Part shown: piece after piece, positions 35,888 through 49,304 of the stretch
Layout of the letters: each line of letters starts with the position of its first letter
How positions within the stretch are numbered: position 1 is the first letter of the stretch
From: Macrostomum hystrix
Lineage: Eukaryota; Animalia; Platyhelminthes
Assembly: GCA_950097015.1 (NCBI GenBank)
Contig: CATNEN010000038.1
Span: 9,734,001-9,798,000, forward strand
Direction: 5' to 3'
DNA: 64,000 nucleotides
Position numbers and translations under genes: made by a program
The notes under the pieces: model-generated
The model's database searches: none
Told to the model about the DNA's origin: nothing
What the model saw: only the letters and a program-made list of their open reading frames with translations

Positions 35888-38266
35888 GCAGCGCACGTCT
35901 CGCTGTACAGCGACTTGACGGCGTCGTACAAGGAGGTGGAAGGGCGGCTTTCAGCGCCCAGTCGAAAGCAAGTCGAAGGGCAATGAAGACGATCATGAAG
36001 TCGACTGGCTGATGTGCGCCTCCCCGATGACACGGCGGAGAGCGAGGAACTATAGCAGGTTTTCTTGCTGCCTGCTACCTTCTGCCGACACTAACCGAAA
36101 GACTTGAACTCGTACTGACCACAGAGGCCAACAATTATGAGTGAGACTCACATCTCAAAGCTTCAGTGCCGGAGCATATCTACGAAGCAGTGTATTTTAT
36201 ATTCAAGCGATAAGGCACAGTGTTTAGCAGTAGGGGGGGGGTCAGAGAGAGAGATATAAAAGATAACACACAAGCAGTTATCTCTCTGCCCCGCGTTGCC
36301 ATGGTCCCCAACCCAACACACCAGCCCCGAGCATTCTAGGCACGAGTTCGCAGGCTGATAGGGTGCATAGGTTCTCGGTCTCTGCGTCATTGCTTTCCAG
36401 GCCGTCAGGTCAGCCGGTCTGGCTCGCTCAGGTCTATTTTGAGCGCTGGGTGGGTCGAAATGCAGATGAAGGTCGCTGATTGAAAGGAGCACCGATGTAA
36501 GCGCTTTTCAAACGCTTAAATATCTTCCCCTTTTGAAAAACTGACACCCGTGTCAGTTCTCCATGCGTCGAAGATCTCACTGGTACCGTGATGTTCTGAT
36601 GATGTCCTCCTGTCTTTCTCGCGATTGGCAGTCTCATACCAGCTTTTCTTGCATTGTGCTCGGCAGCTTGTTTGGTGCCGATCTTCTTGATTGTATGCGG
36701 TCCTGGAGTCTGAGTTGGTCTTGACTAGCCGAAAATGTCCTGGCTTGCACCAGCTCGTCCCTTCGACTGGGCAGTACAGCTTGAGTAGTGTGTGCAGCAA
36801 TTATCATCAACATGGGGCAATGTATGTTCCCCGAAAACTGACCATCGCACGGTGGCCAGGGAGGTGCTGTTACTGGTGGCAGTCCCATCGGGCTTGCTTA
36901 GTTGCAGCTCAGGCGTCACAACAAGTATTTGCAGTCTAGTTTTATAATCGGTGAAGTCGCCTGCTTCACAAAGGGCATGTTTTTGCATGCAAAGTGAAAT
37001 ATCAATGTCTCCGCGTATGTGTCAGTGTTGCTGGCTCATTGGCCAGAGTCAATTATTGTAAACTACGACTGCTTGACAATCTTATTCGTCACAAACTTCC
37101 ATCTTGATCAACTTCAAACTTGGCAGGGAAAAAAGTCAACATTTGTGTAGTGTCTTGTAGGTTATTACATGCGGCTACAGTAGAACCGCATTTTTCCGGT
37201 GTTGAACTAAAATTGAATCGCTCGCCAAATGACCGCTCTAAGTAAGAATCGTCGTGATTTGCGCTGGTTGCTGAGTAGTGTCTGGCTGGTAGCTTGGTAC
37301 GAAACTGCGCTTCGCCTCTCGATCTCCGGCCTTCATCCAGTACGAAGTCCTCTGTCAGTGTAGCAGGAATCGTTGTCTTGTGTCTAGCGGTGACTCCGGA
37401 AGGTCTAGGGAACCAGATATAGCAGGTTTTCTTGCTGCCTGCTACCTTCTGCCGACACTAACCGAAAGACTTGAACTCGTACTGACCACAGAGGTCAACA
37501 ATTATGAGTGAGACTCACATCTCAAAGCTTCAGTGCCGGAGCATATCTACGAAGCAGTGTATTTTATATTCAAGCGATAAGGCACAGTGTTTAGCAGTAG
37601 GGGGGGGGTCAGAGAGAGAGATATAAAAGATAACACACAAGCAGTTATCTCTCTGCCCCGCGTTGCCATGGTCCCCAACCCAACACACCAGCCCCGAGCA
37701 TTCTAGGCACGAGTTCGCAGGCTGATAGGGTGCATAGGTTCTCGGTCTCTGCGTCATTGCTTTCCAGGCCGTCAGGTCAGCCGGTCTGGCTCGCTCAGGT
37801 CTATTTTGAGCGCTGGGTGGGTCGAAATGCAGATGAAGGTCGCTGATTGAAAGGAGCACCGATGTAAGCGCTTTTCAAACGCTTAAAGGAACATTGTGCC
37901 GCGGTGGGGCCGGAATTCATTCGGTACAGCATCAGCGACCGAGTAGCAGTCGGTTGAAATGCTTCGCGCGGTGCAGGACATCAGCGAGATCGCGCGATGG
38001 TCTTGAGTCGTCCCGGCTTCCTTCGGGATCGGGACGATATGCGAAACGGTCCACTCCGTGTTGGCATGCAGGGGCGCCGGCGTGGACACGGTTCATGACG
38101 CCTGTGACCTGGGGGCCACGCTGCGGAACCGCAGAGCCCTGGATGGCGTCGTCAACTGCAGCCTGTTGCGTCTCATCCAGAAGACGCGCAAAAAGGCTCA
38201 TTCCGCTTCGTGCGTGAGCCGTCAGTTTCTCCGGAGACGCTCGCGCCTGACGCGCCTGTCTTGCTG
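35888..38266 (-). mobile_element. Degenerate RTE-like LINE fragment split by the LTR element
   Basis: Minus-strand remnants EWTVSHIVPIPK, RAISLMSC, FRPHRGTMF|LALRRVI are homologous to the LINE at 42040-44722 and continue across 36051-37887. Confidence 0.8.
36051..37887 (-). mobile_element. Non-autonomous LTR retrotransposon (TRIM/LARD-like), 1837 bp
   Basis: 470-bp direct repeats at 36051-36520 and 37418-37887 with one substitution seen; TSD GGAAC at 36046-36050 and 37888-37892; PBS TGGTTCCCTAGACC (37415-37402); PPT AAAAGGGGAAGATA (36534-36521); no recognisable gag/pol. Confidence 0.93.
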
Positions 38267-39171
38267 AAGGACAGTAATTGTTCCAGTTGTCGTGTCGTTT
38301 AGAGAGACTCTTATGTTTGTTAGTTTGCAGCGAACACGATAATATATTTGTGCATCAGTCACATCACTTATATAGAACGCGAGATACAAGTACGAGTACA
38401 ACGTGCGATATTATTGAGCGGTGGCCACGTGCCACACAATAGGCATGTACATTAATAGGTCAGAGTTAAAGGACATTGGCGGCACCGTGCCCGCCCACGC
38501 TCAGGCTATCAATGCGCCTGGCCGCGATAGACCGACGGCGCCACACCAGTGAAGGCCTGAATCGAACCCCCGACTTTCTTGCAGAATCTGACGCACTATC
38601 CACATGGCTACGACCCCTACAATCGCAGAAAACCTAGGGATTGCTGCGTTGAATCAGTCACACTCTTTGCTTGCTACTCGCGTGTTTAAAAGTAGTATCA
38701 TACAAAGGAGTCTGAAGACAATAAATAAAAATAAATTATAACCAAAAATGGCTCACTGCTGGTGGTTCAACACCCACGGCGATATCTATCCATCACCCGC
38801 CAAAGAAATGTCTTGCATAATAGATGCTGGAATAACTAAAGGATGGCCGCAAGCATTTTAACAATTCCATATTGGAACGGGAGTGCGAAGGTGTCACAGA
38901 GTTGGTCAGAAACATTATGGTATAGCGGTCAGTTGTAATGATGCGTTTCCACTGTTTATACAGAATGTGCATCAATGCCACCGATGCAAGCAGCAGATAA
39001 ATACTTCAGCAGCCCCTGTGTTTATACTGCCAAACAGCTGTGATAGCGCGCATCTATATAAAATAACACGAGCGACACTGAACCAACGAAAGCAAATTAG
39101 GGTCGATACAGCTTTGAACGCCCACGTGCTGTGTGCAGCCTGCTTCAATCGTTTGACAAACTGTCTGCACT

Positions 39172-40776
39172 ATGGTCGCAAATTTGTGCACAGATGCAGG
39201 CCAGCTGGACAGGGAACTGGATGACAACTCCAGCTTGAATCAGCGATTTCTGCTGCCAATTGGCGCCGCTCAACTCACCGGCGCCGCCCTGCGCCTCATT
39301 GTCGGCGTGCTGATCAGCATCGACTCAGACTCGGTGAGGCGATTCTATCACTCTCTGTTCTTCTGAGTATTGGTGACTCCTAGTTACTGGTTAGAGCGTC
39401 GGACTCACAACTTGAAGGTCGGGGGTTGGCAGTGGCGTAGTCAGGATTTTTTTCTTCGGGGGTGGCGCCTCTGGGGCGCCACTACCAGGGGGCACCACTA
39501 CCAGGGGGGCACCACTACCAGGGGGAGCCACTGCCAGGGGGAGCCACTGCCAGGGGGGGCGCCACTACCAGGGGGGCACCACTACCATAGAGCGCCACTA
39601 CCACGGGGGCACCACTACCACGGGGGCGCCACTTACCAGGGGGGCACCACTACCACGGGGGCGCCACTTACCAGGGGGCGCCACATAGTTTCTTCAGCCG
39701 ATTGACCTGACAAAACAAGGTCATCAAAACAATGCTGCCCAGGAACCGGAGAAGACTGGCTGTGCGGTACCTCTATTCCTAGGATGCCCCTTTATCTCAC
39801 CTTTGTGCCAACAACTCTGTACTCTACATTGTTAAATATAATGGAAAGAACTGCCAGCCAGGCCACTCCTCTTGTTCCCTCTCTCCCGCTCGCCCTGCGA
39901 GCAAGGCAAGGCCAGGCCTGAGCCTCAACTGGGCTGCAAGCAAGAGCGCAGCCCAGAACAAAATGTTGTGTGACTCCATGGTCTTCTTAGCTGACAGGCA
40001 GAAGGAAACGACGAAACTTCAGTGTTTCACCACTTGCCCCCTTGGCTACGCCCTGGGGTTCGATTCCCGACTCCACTGGAAAAATTTGTGTCCTTAAGCA
40101 AGACACTTGATTCTACGTTGCTTCAGTTCACCTTCAGCCTTCGGATGCGCCGCGCCATAGCTGCGGCTGTGCTGTCGGCTGCACATCAGGTTGGAGCAGG
40201 TATAGTAAATTATTAATATTCTTATTAGTTTACTCCACAAAAACTTGACAGGCGGGCCTTCGATTTGTGGCAGCTTTGGCCAGCTTCGTGCTCTACTCGC
40301 TGACGGGGACGGCGATCCTGCTGACGCGGCTGAGCGGCTCGCTGGCCCAGATGAAGGTGCGCGCCACTGGCTGCCTGGTGCTGTGCGCGGTCTCGGCCGT
40401 GTTCAGCGTGTTTGAGATCAACCAGCATCTGACACGAGCGGTTGCTGAGTCTGCGCAGCCACCGCCGCAGCTGATTGCGAATGCCACAACTTCCAACCTG
40501 GCCGAGCATCGTTGGCAGATGCGGCTGAACCACAGGGCGGTCATGCTGCTGCTGCTGCTGGTACAGTGCACCATTGTCACCTTTGCAGCCTACCTGTGCG
40601 TCAAGCTCATGTGGGCGACTCCGCGGGACAACTCGAACTTGGTCCGAGACGTCCATGAAGCTGATAATCAAGATGATCACAGTGCGGCGCATGCGGCGAC
40701 CGAGTCAGCGAAGAGGATAGTGCCGGCTACAGCTTCCAGCAGCGCAGAAGTGTTTGAGCTCAGTTCCCAGCTCTAA
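39172..40776 (+). CDS. Putative four-transmembrane protein (tetraspan/MS4A/TMEM-like topology), 2 exons
   Basis: Exons 39172-39333 (GTGAGG donor) and 40252-40776 (TTGACAG acceptor) join in phase 0; four hydrophobic segments; AATAAA near 40814. Family not identified. Confidence 0.65.
39370..40225 (+). mobile_element. tRNA-derived SINE (family A) interrupted by a MITE
   Basis: TGGTTAGAGCGTCGGACTCACAACTTGAAGGTCGGGGGTT...GGGGTTCGATTCCCGACTCC matches the uninterrupted copy at 56578-56830. Confidence 0.82.
39430..40055. mobile_element. hAT-like MITE
   Basis: Imperfect TIRs CAGTGGCGTAGTCAGG / CTTGGCTACGCCCTG; near-perfect 8-bp TSD GGGGTTGG / GGGGTTCG; internal GGGGCACCACTACCA subrepeats. Confidence 0.78.
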
Positions 40777-41021
40777 CTGAGCACTCAGTGTGGCCGCAGC
40801 GCTATTGTCTTTGAATAAACTCACGCACTTACCAAAAATTAAGCAATTAAGCATCGCTAATTCAAATGAAATCGAATGTGTGCATAATTATAATAAAAAA
40901 AAATACTGTCGCAGCCAATACCTATCGGAATAAATGCTTGGAAAATTAGCCCGGCATGGGCACGCGGCCTTTAAAAATTAAACTAGAGGCGTCGCTGTAC
41001 AAAACCCACTCCGATACTGCA

Positions 41022-41285
41022 CCCCATCCCATTCCAAGGTCCCCTCTGCATCCTGTACCGCATCCCATTCCAAGTTCCCATCCACATCCTGTACCGCATC
41101 CCATTCCAATGTCCCCTCTGCATCCTGTACCGCATCCCATTCCAAGGTCCCCTCTGCATCCTGTACCGCATCCCATTCCAAGTTCCCATCCGCATCCTGT
41201 ACCGCATCCCATTCCAAGTTCCTATCCGCATCCTGTACCCCATCCCATTCCAAGGTCCCCTCTGCATCCTGTACTCCATCCCAAA
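41022..41285. repeat. Minisatellite, 36-bp unit CATCCCATTCCAAGGTCCCCTCTGCATCCTGTACCG
   Basis: About 7 copies. Confidence 0.92.
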
Positions 41286-42039
41286 GCCCAGCTTCCTAGC
41301 ACGATACAACCCTTATTCAATTTGCCTTCTTTCCAATCCGAGTAAAAGGTTTTCAGCGAGCAAACTGGCTTCAGGCACCTGATTCATAGCCAACTCAAAC
41401 TCAAGGGTACAAGCTGTTCAAGCGAGAACTTTGGCCTAATTAATAGTACATTAATACACTCATTAATATGCCGCGAAGTAAATGCTTATGCCTCGAGGTT
41501 GATTGATTCTGTGATTTCATCTTACTTCTGTTCATCTTACGTATAAATTTGGCCAAATATTGTACTATGCGTGCATATGATCTACCATATCATAGTAGTC
41601 TATCATTTCATATCTTAACTATAATACTCATACATACTTTATTAGTATCAAATAGTATCACGCGTAATACGCGGTGCGTCTTACTTTAAATGCACTTTAA
41701 ATCAAACTTACTTACTTTACTTTAAATGCATAAGTAAAAAATATTCGTTGCCATAGTACCGTCACATGTACGCTACGAATACCATTTTTGGCTGATCTTG
41801 TGAAATGTGTTAGCGAAGTCACTATGAAGTCATGATGACGACATTACGCATGAATCATGCAATGGGAAAACTGTTTTTGGTTTTTTACGGTTTGAAACGA
41901 AATTAAGCGTAAGCTGAGTACTTCTAGGTTTTGTTCGCATGTATTTATTTTTTCGTCATAAATCATTCTAGTATCCTACCTTACCTTATAATGCGCAAAA
42001 ATTTACATAAATGATAAATTAAGGCTCCGTCAATAAGCA

Positions 42040-44722
42040 CTGATCGGCCCGAGACTGCAGCAGAGCTATCATTGCTCTTCCTTGTCCCCCCGGATGCTTC
42101 AGGTAGACGTCCGGCTTCGCGGCTTCGCGGCCGGAACGCTCGCCTGTTTTGCGTGTACGCGCCACCTGCCACCCGCCCAGATGAGGCTCAGGACTTCTTC
42201 GAGCAGCTCTCTGCGCGCGTGGAGGAGACTGCGCAGCGCGACACGGTGGTCGTACTCGGAAACTTAAACGCAGTTCCGCGTAAGTCCGAGCGGTCGCTGT
42301 TTGTGACGCCCCGTGAAAACGGCAACACCCAGGCGCTGGAGGACTTCCTGGAGAGGCAGGATATGGTGTCGGCCAACACCCGCTTCCGCAAGCCACCAAG
42401 CAGGCTCGTGACTTTCGTGGGCTGCAAACGGAGGCGGCGGAACGCGCGCGGCCGGTTCGCTACACGGAGGCTAGCACTCATCGACCACGTGCTTCTGCGC
42501 TCCCGTGAGCGCCGCCGCGCTCTCAACTGCCGCACCATCACGCCGCTGGCTCTGCGGTCCGATCATCGGCTTCTCATCTGCGACCTCGAGCTACGCGATC
42601 CGCTCTACCGTCCGCCAAAGCGGCCACCGCGACGCTACTACCGTGCTCTCAAAGACGCCGGAACGCACTGCCACTTTGTTAGCGCCTTCATCACTGCGCT
42701 TGGCGGCAAGCGTGGAGGTGCCGAGTACGCGGATGTGAGCGCCGCAGTACGAGCCGCCGCGGAACAAGCGGTCCCGTTGATGCGACCGGCTCAGCGTGGG
42801 CAGCCGGTCTGGCAGGACGACCCCACGATTCAGCAAGCGAGGGAAGATCTGGAAAAGCTCCGCCTGAGCAGGCGACCTACTCGCGAGGCGGAGGAGGCTC
42901 TGGCGACTGTCTATCTGCAGCGGCAGCAGGCCGCAGTTGATGAAGCTGTCCAGGCCGTCTCTGCCGCTGGGCCCGACGCCAGAGGGCGCGTGGCCTGGTC
43001 CGCCATTAATGCTCTGACAGGGCGGAAGCGGAAGCGGCGCATCCAACTGAATTTGGAAGGCGACACTGCAGATGAGCGCAGGAACGAGCTACGCGAGTTC
43101 TTCGCCGCCATAGTCAACGCGCCGCCACCCCCGCTGCCCAAAATCCTGACGCTGCCGCAAGAGACGCCGTTGCCGTCAGAGGACAGTTTTAATGTTGCAC
43201 CAGTCACCATGGCTGAAGTCGTGATTCTCGCCCAGAAGACGCCGGGCGGCAAGGCGCTGGGTCCGGACGAGGTGCCCATCGAGTCGCTGCGCATCCACTG
43301 TGTGGCCAGTGAGGTCGCCCGTGTGATGAACCGCGTGCTCTCCGGTGAGGTGGCACCCACCGAGTGGACCATGGCGCACATCATCGCCATTCCCAAGAAG
43401 CCGGGCACCACACGGCTAGACGAGCACCGAGGCATCTGCCTGCAATCCTGTGTTGCGAAGTTGTTCAACCGGATGCTGCTACCGCGGTTGCAACCCGTGC
43501 TGGATCCCTTACCTGCGACCTGAGCAGAACGGGTTTCGGCCCCACCGTGGCACAGTGACGCAGATCCTAGCTCTTCGCCGAACCATCGAGGAGGCGCGCA
43601 CGCGCCAGTTGGACCTGATTGTTGTCTTCATTGACTTCATGAAGGTATTCGACTCGGTTGCGAGGGCTGCGCTCCCACATGTGCTCCGCGCGTACCATGT
43701 GCCAGAACAGCTACGAGAGCAGCTGTGATGACGCCGGACGGCCTTTCGGACTCCTTCGAGACATCCTCCGGGGTGCTCCAGGGGGACACTCTAGCGCCAT
43801 TCCTGTTCGTCCTGGTGCTTGACTGGGTGCTACGAACTGCTCTTCCTACCGACGAAGACGGCTTCCTACTGCGGCGACGCGTGGGTCGACGTCAAACGGA
43901 GAAACGGCTCAGCGTGCTTGGCTACGCCGATGACCTCGCCCTGCTGTCCTCTACCGTAGAGGGCGCTCAGCGCCAGCTGGACAAGCTGGTTAGCACTGCA
44001 GCGAGTGTCGGCTTGTTGGTCAACACGAAGAAGACCGTTGTGCTCTGCGTGCCGGGCGACATCGAGGCCGCAAATTTCTTCCGAGGCGCTGACGGGCAGG
44101 TAACGGAGCTTCCACGCTGTCAGCAGTTCGTCTACCTCGGCGGTCTGGTACCAGACGTCCGCAAAGATCTGCGGCGTCGCCGCCGGTACGCTTGGGCTGC
44201 CTTTCGTTCTGTGAGGGCGGTCCTGCAGTCCGAGGCCCTACCTGATCGCCAGAGGGCGGCGCTGTTCCAGGCGGTGGTCGAGACCGTCCTGTTGTACAAC
44301 GCCGATACCTGGACGCTGACGGATTCGCTCGAGCAGCAAGTCAATGCGGCGCACGCTGGCCTGCTACGCGCCGCCTTTAAGATCAGCGACGAGCGGATCA
44401 CTAACGCAGCACTCTATCGCCGCGCCGGCCTGGCCCGTCCAAGTGAACGGCTGCGACTTCGGCGACTCCAGCTGGCAGGCCATATCATCCGCGCCGAGTC
44501 CTACTGCCCGCAGCCGGTGCAGGAGGTGCTGCTGCCAACCCTGCAGGCACCCTACCGGCGCGGCCAGGCCCGAACTCGGCGTTTCGTCGACTGCCTGCTG
44601 GCCGATGCTGGCGCCCTGGACACTGCCGGCGGTGCGGCCTTTGTTCGCGCCCAGGCTCTGAAGCGTGCACTGTGACGCTGCCATTTCCACCTGACAGCGT
44701 ACTTTGTTGTTTGTTGTTGTTG
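42040..44722 (+). mobile_element. RTE-like non-LTR retrotransposon (partial APE endonuclease plus RT), inactivated
   Basis: CVYAP, VLGNLNA, LIDHVL, SDHRLL (APE); ALGPDEVP, IIAIPKK, EQNGFRPHRGT, GVLQGDTLAPFLF, YADD (RT). Frameshifts near 42112 (8-bp duplication), 43510 and 43720; stop 44675; (TTG)n tail. Confidence 0.93.
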
Positions 44723-45356
44723 TAACTGAACAATATCAATGAGAGTGAGAGAATCAAAGTGAGGCCGATACGCAACAATACGATAAACCATCTTCGGAGA
44801 AAAAAATATTTCGTTGAATAGAATAGAGTCGAAAAAAATCGAAAACTGTTCTTTAGCGCCTTTGAAACAGTTAGTGATTCAGGTTCTGACTTATGTTGAG
44901 ATGACGCCTTCAACGTTAGAGAACTTAGAGCCCTTGAAGAAAAGCAGATAATATCGACATGACACTACAGTGTTAATTTCCAGGCGAAATGAGAGACGTT
45001 CTTCCATGATTTGAAGATAGAATTGTAGGAAATAAAAAAAGCCTGCATAAAATTTCAATCCCTAAATACATGACTCAGAAATTAAAAATATTCAAATCTT
45101 CACAATCAGCATTTACGAGTAGTAAAATATAAAGGAGATAATATAAAAATAACACTTAAGGAACGACGCGCTCAATATTTATTGCCCGAAAAACTGATCA
45201 TTTTCTTTTCGCACTTACAAATGACAAAATGCAAAAACATTTTTACAAATCAGTAGCTGTACCAGAGCAGCTGTACAGCTCTAACTTATGGCATTTACAA
45301 GTTTAAAAGTTGAAAGGTTTTTTACAATGCATTTTAATTCTACGAGTAAAGCAAAA

Positions 45357-46915
45357 AAACTGCCCAGCAGAGCAGATTCCTGCGGAGTTTCCAATTGAAT
45401 CGGCAGGGATCTGAGAAACTGCCCAGCAGAGCAGATTCCTGCGGAGTTTCCAATTGAATCGGTAGGGATCTGAGAAACTGCCCAGCAGAGCAGATTCCTG
45501 CGGAGTTTCCAATTGAATCGGTAGGGATCTGAGAAACTGCCCAGCAGAGCAGATTCCTGCGGAGTTTCCAATTGAATCGGTAGGGATCTGAGAAACTGCC
45601 CAGCAGAGCAGATTCCTGCGGAGTTTCCAATTGAATCGGTAGGGATCTGAGAAACTGCCCAGCAGAGCAGATTCCTGCGGAGTTTCCAATTGAATCGGTA
45701 GGGATCTGAGAAACTGCCCAGCAGAGCAGATTCCTGCGGAGTTTCCAATTGAATCGGTAGGGATCTGAGAAACTGCCCAGCAGAGCAGATTCCTGCGGAG
45801 TTTCCAATTGAATCGGCAGGGATCTGAGAAACTGCCCAGCAGCGCAGATTCCTGCGGAGTTTCCAATTGAATCGGTAGGGATCTGAGAAACTGCCCAGCA
45901 GAGCAGATTCCTGCGGAGTTTCCAATTGAATCGGCAGGGATCTGAGAAACTGCCCAGCAGCGCAGATTCCTGCGGAGTTTCCAATTGAATCGGTAGGGAT
46001 CTGAGAAACTGCCCAGCAGAGCAGATTCCTGCGGAGTTTCCAATTGAATCGGTAGGGATCTGAGAAACTGCCCAGCAGAGAAGATTCCTGCGGAGTTTCC
46101 AATTGAATCGGTAGGGATCTGAGAAACTGCCCAGCAGAGAAGATTCCTGCGGAGTTTCCAATTGAATCGGTAGGGATCTGAGAAACTGCCCAGCAGAGAA
46201 GATTCCTGCGGAGTTTGTAATTGAATCGGTAGGGATCTGAGAAACTGCCCAGCAGAGCAGATTCCTGCGGAGTTTCCAATTGAATCGGTAGGGATCTGAG
46301 AAACTGCCCAGCAGAGAAGATTCCTGCGGAGTTTGTAATTGAATCGGTAGGGATCTGAGAAACTGCCCAGCAGAGCAGATTCCTGCGGAGTTTCCAATTG
46401 AATCGGTAGGGATCTGAGAAACTGCCCAGCAGAGCAGATTCCTGCGGAGTTTCCAATTGAATCGGTAGGGATCTGAGAAACTGCCCAGCAGAGAAGATTC
46501 CTGCGGAGTTTGTAATTGAATCGGTAGGGATCTGAGAAACTGCCCAGCAGAGCAGATTCCTGCGGAGTTTGTAATTGAATCGGTAGGGATCTGAGAAACT
46601 GCCCAGCAGAGAAGATTCCTGCGGAGTTTGTAATTGAATCGGTAGGGATCTGAGAAACTGCCCAGCAGAGCAGATTCCTGCGGAGTTTCCAATTGAATCG
46701 GTAGGGATCTGAGAAACTGCCCAGCAGAGCAGATTCCTGCGGAGTTTCCAATTGAATCGGTAGGGATCTGAGAAACTGCCCAGCAGAGAAAATTCCTGCG
46801 GAGTTTGTAATTGAATCGGTAGGGATCTGAGAAACTGCCCAGCAGAGCAGATTCCTGCGGAGTTTCCAATTGAATCGGTAGGGATCTGAGAAACTACCCA
46901 GCAGAGAAGATTCCT
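45357..46915. repeat. Minisatellite, 59-bp unit
   Basis: About 26 copies of AAACTGCCCAGCAGAGCAGATTCCTGCGGAGTTTCCAATTGAATCGGTAGGGATCTGAG. Confidence 0.97.
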
Positions 46916-46965
46916 GTGGAGTCTCGCAAGAATCAGCTCAATAAAATGGCCCTTCTCAGCTCAAT

Positions 46966-49253
46966 TCAAGATCGACTCGTGTTGATGGTGTCAGAGTCAC
47001 CGACATCGCAAGACTCTGAGGCGCTTGTCAGTAGACTTTCAGCAGCCGGATCATCGCCATCGCCATCTTCATCGTCAGTGAGGTCGGCATTGGCTGTGGT
47101 GGCCGTCAGGCAGAGGCCGTCAGGAGCCTGGCCAGCTGACAGGTCGTCAAGGTAGGCCAGAATGTCGTCCTGGAGCAGCGGACGACGATAGCGGAGAAGG
47201 TCGGACAGGCGGACGAGGCGCGGCTGTGCGGTGGCGCACAGAAGGTCCGCGGTGCGCACCTGATGGCAAGATCAAAGAGCCGGGGAGCGCTTGAGGATTG
47301 GAAATAACAAAATTAACAGCTGGAATGACAGATTGCTGATGAAGGGTTGCAGATGTAGGATTGTAGATGAAGGGTTGTAGATGTAGGAATGTAGATGAAG
47401 GGTTGTAGAAGAAGGGTTGTAGAAGAAGGGTTGTAGAAGAAGGGTTGTAGAAGAAGGGTTGTAGAAGAAGGGTTTTAGATGAAGGGTTGTAGATGAAGTG
47501 TTGTAGATGAAGGGTTGAAGATAAAGGGTTATAGATGAAGGCTCACAGGTGGAGGTTTGCAGGTGATAGGTTGTACATAAAGGTTTGTAGATAAAGGGAT
47601 GTAGATGATGGGTTTTAGATAAAGGGATGTAGATGAAGGGTTGCAGGTGAAGGGTTGCAAGTGAAGGGTTGTAGATGAAGGGTTACAGGTAAAGGGTTGC
47701 AGGTGAAGGGTTTTAGATGAAGGGTTGTAGAAGAGGGTTGCAGGTGAAGGGTTGCAGGTGAAGGGTTGTAGATGAAAGTTCAAAGATATAGGGTTGTCGA
47801 TAAAGGGCCACAGACAAAGGGTTGTAGGCGAAGGGTTGTAGGTGCAGGGTTATGCATGAAGGGTTGTGGGTGAAGGGCTGCAGGTTTCTAGGAAAGGTTA
47901 CAGGACCCTTAGTTAAAATCCCTGCTCACCAGGCTATCCTCGGCACGCAGTCGGCCAGCCCTGCTCTGGTAGTCCTCCGCCAAGTCGAAGAGCTCAGAAG
48001 CCGGCAAGCAGCGCAGGCAGTTGCCCACCGCCGTCTCGATGGCAGCGGCTGTGCGCCGAGCCTCTCGCTTGCGCCAGGTCTCGGCAACGAATTCGTCTGC
48101 CCTGCCGGGCGCCAGGAACAGCCAGAGGAAGCTCTGCCGGAACTGCTGCTCTCGGGATGGTCTGGGCGGAGATGGCAAGCAACGATTGAGTCAGTGGATT
48201 AGATGGGGATCTGGGATTTAGTAATTTCAATGAGGATCTGGGATTTGATATATTAAATCGGGATCTGGTATTCGATTAAATGGAGATCTGGGATTTTATT
48301 AAATGGGGATTTGGGATTTGATTAAAAGGGGATCTGGGATTTGATTAAATGGGGATCTGGGATTTGATTAAATGGGGATCAGGGATGCGATAAATTAAAT
48401 AGGCCTTAAATTAAAAAATCTGAAGGCTAAATGAGGAACTGTGATTCGGTAGATAAACTGGGAATCTGCGAATTTTTAGACAAAACCCATAAAACGGCTA
48501 TATGAGATTCGGAAGACTAAACAGGGATCTGCCATTAGGTAGATTAAATAGGGATCTAGGATTTTGTAGATAAAATTGGAAAATGGTATTCTGAGATTCG
48601 TAATTCGACTAAATGGTGATCAGGCAGACTGTGGCTACAACTGAGATCAGATCAGGGTATCTGTGGATTACGAAATCGGCGAGTTAAATTGGGATCAAAA
48701 AGTAAGCGAAGCATGCATACCTCCTCATCGAGTCTGCAGTGAGACCCTCCGGCAGCGGCGGGAACAGGCCGTTGAGTCTGGCCAGCAGGTCGTGAAACTG
48801 CGCATTGCCCGAGTTCAGCAGCAGCATGAGGTGGCACCTGGCCAGCAGGTGGCGCAGTCGGCGCACAGAATCCACCAGAGGGTGGCCAGCGTCGCTAGAG
48901 ACAACGGCGGGGTGGCCAAACACGGCTGGACAGTTGTCGATCAGCCTGACGCCGATTAGGCAGGCCTCCTGGCTAAGCCTGACTGGCAGGCAGAGCAGCC
49001 AGGTGAGAACCCGAAGCCTGGCGTCGCAGACAAGCCCAGCCTGCTGCTGATGGCGCAGCAGACGGCAGAGCCGAGCAGCCGCAGTGCGGTATCGTGCCCG
49101 AAGGCAGTACAGGAGAAGGTCGGCGTGAACCAAATGGTTGAGGCGGCTGTCTGAATCGCCGCCAGACGTCCCATCGACATCTGTTAAGTCCGCGGATGCG
49201 ACATCGTCGGTGAACCAGACATCGGCGGTGCTTAGAGATTCTAGCGCTTGAGC
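46966..49253 (-). CDS. Uncharacterised helical protein with acidic C-terminus, 3 mapped exons
   Basis: Exons 49253-48721, 48161-47930, 47259-46966 with canonical sites and consistent phases (2, 0); GC-rich coding composition; no ATG at the start of the first exon. Confidence 0.7.
47338..47885. repeat. Degenerate intronic minisatellite, about 14-bp unit GAAGGGTTGTAGAT
   Basis: Many diverged copies. Confidence 0.9.
48205..48385. repeat. Degenerate intronic minisatellite, about 23-bp unit GGGGATCTGGGATTTGATTAAAT
   Basis: Several copies, decaying towards 48660. Confidence 0.8.
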
Positions 49254-49304
49254 CTGCAGCCAGTTAGGGAGTCCATATTATGCCACCTATCATAGCCATA
49301 GCTA

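Noticed and set aside
36516-36988. Internal ORFs of the LTR element as gag or integrase
   Set aside because: Short, with no zinc knuckle, DDE or RT motifs recognisable.
45281-46869. Long minus-strand ORFs in all three frames
   Set aside because: Frame-cycling translation of a 59-bp tandem repeat; the same applies to 28788-30190, 9988-10592, 14705-15154 and 40946-41345.
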